Positions 54,487 to 62,298 of a DNA stretch of 64,000 nt are shown here, piece by piece. The position numbers and the translations under genes are program-made. The notes below the pieces were generated by a model. The model saw only the letters and a program-made list of their open reading frames with translations. It was not told the origin of the DNA and did not search any database. Source of the stretch: an uncultured Bacteroidales bacterium (GTDB taxonomy: Bacteria; Bacteroidota; Bacteroidia; Bacteroidales; P3); the NCBI GenBank assembly GCA_946406015.1, contig CAMJJD010000002.1, forward strand, positions 4,787 through 68,786, read 5' to 3'. Every line of letters begins with the position of its first letter. Within the stretch, counting starts at the first letter, position 1.

Positions 54487-55431
54487 ATGAGACGTTTTCT
54501 GTTAAAACTCGGTATTACCACGGCAGTCCTTCTTGCACTTGCATATGGACTTGATACGTTGATCACCCACAACCTCAGGCTTTCCGATGCCCGCATGTTC
54601 CATACCTACAACGCCATCTATAACGAAAACCTGCAATGCGATGCACTCATTATGGGATCGTCTCGTGGTCAGGTACAATATTCATCATCCATTATCGACA
54701 GTATCGCCGGCCTCAACTGCTACAATATCAGCGTCGACGGCCGATGCATCGATGCCGAAGTAACCATATATAACTTCTACCGCCGTCATTGCCCCAAACC
54801 TAAACTCATCATACAGAATGTCGATTGGGGCACTCTACTGATGTCTAACGGCTACGAGCGTGAGCAGTACCTACCCTATCTACGCTCTGACAAGCTGCTT
54901 TATAAAGAGATAAAAGACCGTGAGGAGTTCACCTGGGCCGACCATTACCTGCCGCTCTTGCGCTATGCCGGATACCACGAAACTATTAAGGAAGGGCTTG
55001 GACTGCCTGCCAAGATGGCTCGGGCGAAAAACATCGACAAAGGGTTTATCGCTACAGACAAAGCGTGGGACGGTGCGGCCTTCCGCCAGATTGACACCCT
55101 CGGCATCAACGTCAATCCTGAAGCAATCGAGATATTCGATCGTTATCTGGCACAATGTCAATCGGAAGACATCCAGGTAGTGATGGTATATGCTCCTTTT
55201 TACATCGGCGCCACCCGCAAGATGGGATCTGCTGTCGACACAATGTTTGCACTCTACCAGTCGTTTGCCGACCGCTATGGTTGCCAGATACTAAACTACA
55301 CATACGACAGCATTAGTTACGATACACTCAACTTCTACAATGCCAGCCACCTGAACCGCCGTGGTGCCGAACTGTTTTCCACCAAGTTGGCGCACGATTT
55401 AAAAGAACTACTAAATACAATTGAACAATAG
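54487..55431 (+). CDS. membrane-anchored DltD/SGNH-like protein, probable partner of the MBOAT acyltransferase
   Basis: 314 aa with an N-terminal TM, a MGSSRG (GDS-like) block and a C-terminal YNASHLNRRGAELFS block reminiscent of SGNH block V. The assignment is tentative. Confidence 0.5.
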   Translation: MRRFLLKLGITTAVLLALAYGLDTLITHNLRLSDARMFHTYNAIYNENLQCDALIMGSSRGQVQYSSSIIDSIAGLNCYNISVDGRCIDAEVTIYNFYRRHCPKPKLIIQNVDWGTLLMSNGYEREQYLPYLRSDKLLYKEIKDREEFTWADHYLPLLRYAGYHETIKEGLGLPAKMARAKNIDKGFIATDKAWDGAAFRQIDTLGINVNPEAIEIFDRYLAQCQSEDIQVVMVYAPFYIGATRKMGSAVDTMFALYQSFADRYGCQILNYTYDSISYDTLNFYNASHLNRRGAELFSTKLAHDLKELLNTIEQ

Positions 55432-55521
55432 CTTTTTATTATCTAGAATTAGGAGAATTTAAGAATAAAGTCATCAGCATAATTTCTATAATCCCCAAAT
55501 TCTTGACAACATAACATCTAA

Positions 55522-56628
55522 ATGAAAAAGGTTCTTGTTGTTTTCGGTACCCGCCCAGAGGCCATCAAGATGGCGCCCGTAGTGAAAGAGCTATGCAGGC
55601 GACCTGATGAGTTTGAGACCAAAGTCTGTGTGACCGGACAGCACCGCGAGATGCTCGACCAGATGCTCGAGGTGTTCGACATACAACCCGCCTACGACCT
55701 AGACATCATGCGTCCGAATCAAGACCTCTACGACGTCTCGGCCCGCATACTGCTCGGCATGCGCGATGTTCTACGGACGGAACAACCCAATCTGGTGCTG
55801 GTGCATGGCGATACCTCCACATCCACATTTGCGGCGCTGGCAGCCTTTTATCAGCACATTCCCGTGGGACATGTAGAAGCTGGCTTGCGGACAGGTAATA
55901 TCTACAGTCCATGGCCCGAGGAGATGAACCGTCAACTAAACGGACGGCTCTGTACATGGCATTTCGCCCCCACGGAGACCGCACGACAGAACCTGCTGAG
56001 GGAGCATGTCGACGATGCGCATATCGCTGTGACAGGCAATACCGTCATCGACACGCTGCATTGGGTAGTGGCGTCGGGCAAGGCGAAGGCGCCGCAGTTC
56101 GGCCGTGACGAAAGCCGCCGCATGGTGCTCATCACAGGTCACCGCCGCGAGAACTTTGGCGACGGCATGAAACATATCTGCCAGGCCATCAACGCACTGT
56201 CCGAGCAATTCAGGGATGTGGACTTCGTTTACCCCATCCACCTCAACCCCAATATCCGCCGTCCGGTACAAGAAATCATTGACGGCAGCCGGAACAACGT
56301 CTACCTTCTGGTGCCGTTGTCATATCTTGAGTTTGTAGCCATGATGCAGCAGAGCACCTTGATACTGACCGACAGCGGCGGCATCCAGGAGGAGGCACCC
56401 GCCTTCGGCAAGCCCGTCTTGGTGATGCGTGACACCACGGAGCGCCCCGAAGCCATCGAGGCTGGAACTGCACGACTGGTGGGCACCGACCGCAGCACCA
56501 TCGAACAACACGTCGCCCGTCTGCTCACCGACAACGAAGCCTACCGCGCCATGTCCCACGCCGCCAACCCCTTTGGCGACGGCTACGCCGCACACCGCAT
56601 CGCCGATTATATATCAGCAAACCTTTAG
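55522..56628 (+). CDS. wecB: UDP-N-acetylglucosamine 2-epimerase (non-hydrolysing)
   Basis: 368 aa with MKKVLVVFGTRPEAIKMAPV, HVEAGLRT and TDSGGIQEEAP. Confidence 0.92.
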   Translation: MKKVLVVFGTRPEAIKMAPVVKELCRRPDEFETKVCVTGQHREMLDQMLEVFDIQPAYDLDIMRPNQDLYDVSARILLGMRDVLRTEQPNLVLVHGDTSTSTFAALAAFYQHIPVGHVEAGLRTGNIYSPWPEEMNRQLNGRLCTWHFAPTETARQNLLREHVDDAHIAVTGNTVIDTLHWVVASGKAKAPQFGRDESRRMVLITGHRRENFGDGMKHICQAINALSEQFRDVDFVYPIHLNPNIRRPVQEIIDGSRNNVYLLVPLSYLEFVAMMQQSTLILTDSGGIQEEAPAFGKPVLVMRDTTERPEAIEAGTARLVGTDRSTIEQHVARLLTDNEAYRAMSHAANPFGDGYAAHRIADYISANL

Positions 56629-56641
56629 GCCGAATAATACT

Positions 56642-57667
56642 ATGCAAACACCGATAATATCATATATTATACCTTACTACAACGGGCAAGACACCATTGA
56701 ACGACAACTCGACTCCATTTACGCCATCCCTCTCGAAGAAAACGAATTTGAAGTAATTATAGTTGACGATTGTTCTCCTTTACCAGCGAAAGAACATCTA
56801 TCAAATTATCTTCAGATTCACCCCAACCTTCACTTGATACGCCATAGCACTAACAAAAGGCAAGGCGGAGCCAAGAATACGGGTATTCGCGCTGCAAAAG
56901 GAATATATATTGCCCTGGCAGACCAAGACGACACCATCGACCCTACCCATATCAAAGAAACCCTTATCCAAGCAATTACGCAACAACCAGACGTCATATT
57001 ATGTCAAGCCAGAAAGATATTTTCCAATGGAAAGACTCAAACACCTATGCATTCTTTGAGAAACGGAGAAATAATATCTGGTACACATTTTTGTGAAAAC
57101 TATTATAACGTTGCTTTTTCAGCAAGTCCGTGGAGTAATATCTACCGCCGAGAATATTTGATAGCGTCTCATAGGCCCATGGAAGAAAACACTCTTCTTG
57201 AAGATGTAGACTGGGTTCAGTATCATCTTTTCTATGCAAAAAAAATAATGAATTTCAACTATCCAATATACAACTGGTATGCCAACACTCAGTCAATCAC
57301 ACACACAACTTCACCAAGACTTTATGCAGCCTGCATAGCACATGGATATCGTAAAATCGAAAACAGCAAACTATTCCGCACAACATCCCCTCAATTCGCC
57401 AACATCGTTTTAGAGGATGGCCAATACAATATCTACACAAAAATCCGTAAAGCATGGAAAGTCAAACGTCCATGGCAAATATTTGACTCATCCGGATGCG
57501 GTGAAACCGATTCCGTTATTTGGGATAGTCTCTCGCAACTAACTTGGGATAATTGGACTGGATTTCTCATTCGAAATCGTACCTTGGCTGCCGTCATCAT
57601 GACATTGGCATTCCCTTTACGCTGGGCATTTTTATTCAAGCAATTCATTCTCCACATTAGTGACTAA
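56642..57667 (+). CDS. glycosyltransferase family 2
   Basis: Start moved to MQTPIISYIIPYYNGQDTIERQLDSIY...VIIVDDCSP, with ADQDD following. The upstream part of the 56429 ORF overlaps wecB and is Pro/Thr-rich. Confidence 0.8.
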   Translation: MQTPIISYIIPYYNGQDTIERQLDSIYAIPLEENEFEVIIVDDCSPLPAKEHLSNYLQIHPNLHLIRHSTNKRQGGAKNTGIRAAKGIYIALADQDDTIDPTHIKETLIQAITQQPDVILCQARKIFSNGKTQTPMHSLRNGEIISGTHFCENYYNVAFSASPWSNIYRREYLIASHRPMEENTLLEDVDWVQYHLFYAKKIMNFNYPIYNWYANTQSITHTTSPRLYAACIAHGYRKIENSKLFRTTSPQFANIVLEDGQYNIYTKIRKAWKVKRPWQIFDSSGCGETDSVIWDSLSQLTWDNWTGFLIRNRTLAAVIMTLAFPLRWAFLFKQFILHISD

Positions 57668-58020
57668 CAGTATCACCAACATAGTCTCAACTGACTTCGT
57701 GCAATGGCAACTTTATCTGTGGTATGGTGCTACTCCATCCCATCTACCTTAAGCGACCGGGGCATTGAAAGATATTCTCTACCTGTGATGGCCAGAGTTC
57801 CATCGAGAAAACCCGTCCGTAGATCTCACCAGAATTTATATCGCACACGATCTAATACATGTTTTTCTCCCATCAAATGCACATTCCCTCGCATTGCAGA
57901 ACAGCCAGGCCATCCATCTCCGCCAGCCCCCCAACAATAACACAATTGTATTGTAAACCAGCGCAATAGCATATATCAAACATATTAAATCACACAAAGT
58001 CAGCATCATGTCCGCATCAA

Positions 58021-58071
58021 CTCCGCAGATAGTCCGACCACAGTCGGACATACTGCGGTGTAAATACGGAG
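58021..58071. repeat. degenerate third copy (C) of the phased CGGAG module
   Basis: ctccgc 58021, gtccga 58032, tcggac 58044, gcggtg 58055 and acggag 58066 keep the same 11/12/11 spacing. The hairpin gtccgac-caca-gtcggac lies at 58032-58049. Confidence 0.6.
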
Positions 58072-58125
58072 TCGACACGAAATAGGTCGCGAACGACATA
58101 TATCTAATTTCATAGCCACCACACC

Positions 58126-59103
58126 ATGATACATTTTTCTATCGTCATGCCACTCTATAACAAGGCGCCCTACGTCCGCAAAGCCGTGGAGAGCGTTGTG
58201 GGACAGACTTACGACGACTGGGAGTTGATAGTGGTCGACAATGGCAGTACCGATGGAAGTGGCGAGGTGGTGGCAAGTTGTCACGACCCAAGAATCAAGA
58301 TGCTGCATCTGAAGGAGAATATCGGCCCCGGCGCTGCTCGCAACCATGGTGTGGCGGAATCGACATCGACCCATATCTGCTTCCTCGACGCCGACGACTG
58401 GTGGGAGCCCACCTTCCTCGAGGAGATGGCGGGGCTGGTGGAGCGGCATTCCGGCTCAGGCATCTATGGCACAGGGTACTATATCGTAAAAAACGGCCGG
58501 AAACGCGTGGCCCCCATCGGGGTGGAAGAAGGTTTCGCAGAGGGTGAAATCAACTACTGCCAAGTCTATGCGCGGACACTCTGCATGCCGCTGACCTCGA
58601 TAAGCGTCTGTATGCCACGCACGGTATTCGATGAGGCCGGCGGCTTTCCGACAGATGTCAGACTGGGCGAGGACTTCCTGCTGTGGTTACGTATCGCACT
58701 GACACACAAAGCGGTGCTTCTCAACCGGCCGCTGGCCAACTACAACCAGGATGTAGCCGTAGCCTTCCGCGGCACCCACCACCTGCATCCGCCCGAGCAA
58801 AACATGCTGTGGAGACTTGGAGAATACGAACCTCTGGAAAAAACAAATCCCGACTATAAGCAACTGATAGACAATTTAAGGACCTATGGTCTTCAATCGT
58901 ATCTTCTAAATTCCAAATATCGCGATGCCGCAAGGCAAGAATTGTCAAAAGTGGATTGGAGAAACCAAGATGTCAAATGGGAAAAACTTTATAATCTACC
59001 AGTTGGTGTTTTAAAAATACGATTTAAAGTGCGGAAGCTGGGGTCTTTGATGAAACGCATTTTAACGAGAATAATACGACTTATGTCAGGAGAGTTGTCA
59101 TGA
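58126..59103 (+). CDS. glycosyltransferase family 2
   Basis: FSIVMPLYNKAPYVRKAVESVVGQTYDDWELIVVDNGSTDGS and LDADD. Confidence 0.85.
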   Translation: MIHFSIVMPLYNKAPYVRKAVESVVGQTYDDWELIVVDNGSTDGSGEVVASCHDPRIKMLHLKENIGPGAARNHGVAESTSTHICFLDADDWWEPTFLEEMAGLVERHSGSGIYGTGYYIVKNGRKRVAPIGVEEGFAEGEINYCQVYARTLCMPLTSISVCMPRTVFDEAGGFPTDVRLGEDFLLWLRIALTHKAVLLNRPLANYNQDVAVAFRGTHHLHPPEQNMLWRLGEYEPLEKTNPDYKQLIDNLRTYGLQSYLLNSKYRDAARQELSKVDWRNQDVKWEKLYNLPVGVLKIRFKVRKLGSLMKRILTRIIRLMSGELS

Positions 59104-59858
59104 AGAAAGTTTCAATTAATAGAATTGTCGAAAAGTGTAAAAACCTATTGTTTTTGTCAACTCATGAACATAGTTTTCGGAGGAGATTGAAGTATCTTTG
59201 GTTTAGAGAGGGGAGCGAATCTTTATTGGTGTTGTTTCCTGGTTTCAGTAAAGATAGACCTCGTAAATACAATTATGTAAAAGGGTTGATGGGTGCAAAA
59301 AACGTTGATAGGCTTTATATTAATGATAATTTTGGCTATCAAGGATCCTACAATTTATATGAAAATGGAGAAAAAAAACCAGAAACGATAACAATAGATC
59401 TTATTGACAAAACAATAAAAAAAGGGAACTATAAGCATCTGTTTTTTGCTGGTAGCAGTAAAGGAGGTACATGTGCCATTTATTTTGGCTTGGTTTTTCA
59501 TGCAGATGAAATATTTGCTGCAGCTTGTCAGTATCACATCGGAAAGTATGTGTCAAGCGAGATGCCTGACGATAAAGTATTCTATGCCATGATGGGGAGT
59601 AATGCTGGGGAAAAAGAATCTCACATTTTAGATGATGTGATGCCTGACTTACTCCAAAAACATAAGGGTTCTAAGTCAGTTATTCATATTTTCTGTTCAA
59701 GACAAGATCCTACTTATGAGCGACATATTAAGGATCTCATCAATTCTCTTGATTATCATGGTTACCTCTATTCTGAAACGATTGAATCCTATACGACCCA
59801 CTCACAAGTAGGCGAATCATTTTTAAAACGTTTACAAAGTAGGTTTTCTCATAATTGA
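59100..59858 (+). CDS. hypothetical protein, possible alpha/beta-hydrolase fold
   Basis: 252 aa, AT-rich. There is a GxSxG-like nucleophile elbow (FAGSSKGG) after a beta-strand-like LFF. No firm family. Confidence 0.5.
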   Translation: MKKVSINRIVEKCKNLLFLSTHEHSFRRRLKYLWFREGSESLLVLFPGFSKDRPRKYNYVKGLMGAKNVDRLYINDNFGYQGSYNLYENGEKKPETITIDLIDKTIKKGNYKHLFFAGSSKGGTCAIYFGLVFHADEIFAAACQYHIGKYVSSEMPDDKVFYAMMGSNAGEKESHILDDVMPDLLQKHKGSKSVIHIFCSRQDPTYERHIKDLINSLDYHGYLYSETIESYTTHSQVGESFLKRLQSRFSHN

Positions 59859-59883
59859 CAATCCTGATTTCCATTTGATTCCC

Positions 59884-60873
59884 ATGAATAAAGTTTCATA
59901 TTCAGTTGTTATTCGCACTCTAGGAAATACGGGAGAAAAGTACCGTACAATGCTGAACGCCATTGAACGGCAAACTGTCAAACCACAAGAAGTGATTGTC
60001 GCTATTCCAGATGGTTACTCATTAGACCATACACTAGGTTACGAAAAAATTGTACGGTGCAACAAAGGAATGGTGACACAACGGGCCGCAGGTATCGAAG
60101 CCGCTCAAGGCGATTATCTACTGGTGTTGGACGATGATTTGGATTTCCCAGCTGATTTTGCGGAACAGATGTACAACCATCTACAGGCAAAACAGTTGGA
60201 TTGTACGCTGGCATTCCCCAACGGTGGTAACCACAACAATGAACCTCCACAAAAAGTTTCTAAGAAAACGCGGTTACTTGCAGAGGTCAAGAGGGCTCGG
60301 GGAGCCTTTACCGGACAGGTTTTTTATAGTCGCCGCAAAAGTGAATGGTTTGATGTCATCACCAGCACGGCCGGGCACCGCACCTATGTCAACTGCGAGG
60401 ACAAACTGTGTCAAGCAGGCTGTTTCCAATGCTTCTTCATCAAGGGATCGATGGCCAAAGATGTCAGATTTGATGAAGAGGTATGGCTGGAGCAAGGGAG
60501 TCTGTCAAAATACGCTGCTTATGACGATGCAGTGTTTTTCTATAAGTTATATTTGCATGGCGGGCGTATTGCTTACACCCCCAACACGGGATACACACAT
60601 CTGGACGCTGGTGCGGGACGTCCTGCAAAAAGCAAACTGGAGGCCAAGCGCATACGGCTCTACACCATTGCCCGCAACCGCACTCTGTTCTGGCTGTTAC
60701 ATATCTGGCCCAGCCGTCACAAAGTGCGCACCCTGCTGGGAGGAATCTATGCGTTGGTCAACTATACATTATATAACCTCATCATCAATCTACACCCCAA
60801 ATATTGGCCTGCCATCAGTGCTCTTTTTGCGGGTTATCGTGACGCATTTAAGTATTACAAAAAGGGACTATGA
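59884..60873 (+). CDS. glycosyltransferase family 2-like protein
   Basis: YSVVIRTLGNTGEKYRTMLNAIERQTVKPQEVIVAIPDG and LVLDDDLDF. An ATG at 59884 lies within an ORF that starts at 59875 (TTG). Confidence 0.7.
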   Translation: MNKVSYSVVIRTLGNTGEKYRTMLNAIERQTVKPQEVIVAIPDGYSLDHTLGYEKIVRCNKGMVTQRAAGIEAAQGDYLLVLDDDLDFPADFAEQMYNHLQAKQLDCTLAFPNGGNHNNEPPQKVSKKTRLLAEVKRARGAFTGQVFYSRRKSEWFDVITSTAGHRTYVNCEDKLCQAGCFQCFFIKGSMAKDVRFDEEVWLEQGSLSKYAAYDDAVFFYKLYLHGGRIAYTPNTGYTHLDAGAGRPAKSKLEAKRIRLYTIARNRTLFWLLHIWPSRHKVRTLLGGIYALVNYTLYNLIINLHPKYWPAISALFAGYRDAFKYYKKGL

Positions 60874-61604
60874 TACCCAAGACAATACATTACTGCTGGT
60901 TTGGTCGTGGCGAGATGCCTCAGTTGGCTCAGGACTGCATCGTATCGTGGCATAACCATATGCCTGACTGGAATTACAAGCTCTGGAATGAAGACAACTT
61001 CGATGTCGACAGCGTGCCCTATACCCAAGAAGCCTACGCTGCCAGAAAGTATGCTTTCGTCACCGACTATGTGAGGCTGTACGCCCTTAGCACCGAGGGT
61101 GGTGTGTATATGGATACCGACGTGGAAATACTAAAACCTCTGGACGACCTGCTCCACCTCAAGGCTTTCACCGGCTATGAAGGCAGTAAACACAAGCCGC
61201 CTGTCACAGGTTTGATGGCCAGCGAGGCAGGCGGACAATGGGTCGAGGAACAACTGCATGCTTACGACAATGCACACTTCCTTATGCCTGACGGCAGCTA
61301 TGATACAACAACAAACACCTGGCGCATCAGTCGCATCATGCAATCCAACGGGTTCGTATGCGACGGAAAGATGTCTCAATATAAGGACCTGACTGTATTC
61401 CCCTCGGATTACTTCTGTCCGCATCAGACCACCGGCGAGTACCTGCTCACCGAAAACACCTACTGCAATCATCACTTCATGGGCTCATGGAACAAGAAGG
61501 ACAGCAAAGGATGGAAAGGGGTCCTGCTTAAACTGATTGGCCAGAAAAATATGACCAAACTGATAAAACTCAAACGCCGCTTAGAACGGCTCAATCAGAA
61601 CTAA
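60870..61604 (+). CDS. glycosyltransferase family 32 (Gly_transf_sug / OCH1-like)
   Basis: IPKTIHYCWFG..., FVTDYVRLYALSTEGGVYMDTDVE (DxD). The last 5 codons and the stop are supplied by the CTCAATCAGAACTAA repeat. Confidence 0.75.
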   Translation: MIPKTIHYCWFGRGEMPQLAQDCIVSWHNHMPDWNYKLWNEDNFDVDSVPYTQEAYAARKYAFVTDYVRLYALSTEGGVYMDTDVEILKPLDDLLHLKAFTGYEGSKHKPPVTGLMASEAGGQWVEEQLHAYDNAHFLMPDGSYDTTTNTWRISRIMQSNGFVCDGKMSQYKDLTVFPSDYFCPHQTTGEYLLTENTYCNHHFMGSWNKKDSKGWKGVLLKLIGQKNMTKLIKLKRRLERLNQN

Positions 61605-61730
61605 AAAAAACAATCAAAAAGGATAACCGGAAGCTCCGTAAGTCGAGCGCAGTGTTATGCTAGCTTGAACAATGCCGAGATGAAGGAGCGATGACAAAGT
61701 CAATTAACCGAATTAAACCGAATACTCTTT

Positions 61731-61877
61731 GACCTTTCGACTCTTCAACTCCACAGAAACTCTATCAGAACAAAAAGAACAAACAGATTTTTTCAATCAG
61801 ATTGTAAAAGATTTTAAAAGAAACATGATGTCTCGTTGTCTTTTTGACCTTTCGACTCTTCAACTCCACAGAAACTC
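61731..61877 (+). repeat. 32-bp perfect direct repeat (period 115 bp), each copy followed by related A-rich words
   Basis: gacctttcgactcttcaactccacagaaactc occurs at 61731-61762 and 61846-61877. Confidence 0.85.
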
Positions 61878-61976
61878 AATCAAAACCAAAAGAACAGAAA
61901 AGAAATTCGTTGGATTCGTGTGATTCGTGGTCGTTTATATTTCCATCAGATTTGAAAAGATTGTAAAAGAAAACTC

Positions 61977-62107
61977 TTCGACTTTTTGACCTTTCGACTC
62001 TCCGACTTTTCGTCTCTTTGACTCTGCTACTCGTAGTCTCGTTGTCTCACAGACTCAAGGACTCACAGACTTATAGACTCAGCAACTTTTCGACTCTTCG
62101 TCTCACA
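61977..62107 (+). repeat. 8-bp-phased tract, ~16 units, core G(A/T)CT
   Basis: The core G (or a substitute base) falls at 61980, 88, 96, 62004, 12, 20, (28), 36, 44, 52, 60, 68, 76, (84), 92, 100, in exact register. Confidence 0.85.
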
Positions 62108-62138
62108 TTAATCTCAATCAGATTGTAAAAGAAAACTC

Positions 62139-62298
62139 TTCGACCTTTCGTCTTTTTGACTCTTCGACTCAAAGACTCAATGTCTCAATGTCTCATTGAC
62201 TCACAGACTCATAGTCTTTTTGACTTTTCGACTCTTTAACCTTTTGACTTTTCGACTTACACATTAACGCATTTACACATTAACGCATTCATAAAATG
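62139..62298 (+). repeat. 8-bp-phased tract, 20 units, ending on the ATG of the GT-C gene
   Basis: ttcgacct ttcgtctt tttgactc ttcgactc aaagactc aatgtctc aatgtctc attgactc acagactc atagtctt tttgactt ttcgactc tttaacct tttgactt ttcgactt acacatta acgcattt acacatta acgcattc ataaaATG. Confidence 0.9.

Noticed and set aside
57704-58449. ORFs 57704-57940 (+), 57836-58099 (-) and 58006-58449 (-) in and around the 458-bp gap
   Set aside because: They are mutually overlapping with no motifs, and the last is antisense to the GT2 gene at 58126. I treat the region as non-coding or a possible gene remnant (see finding).
61729-61923. 64-aa ORF in the repeat-rich spacer
   Set aside because: It is assembled from the two copies of the 32-bp direct repeat and A-rich word repeats and has a non-ATG start. 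It is a translation artefact of repetitive DNA.
61605-62295. Possibility that the periodic intergenic repeats (here and at 34656, 39089 and 63700) are CRISPR arrays
   Set aside because: The periods are 8, 10, 11 or 39 bp with no unique spacers of 25-40 bp between conserved repeats, and no cas genes are present. They are tandem or degenerate word repeats, not repeat-spacer arrays.
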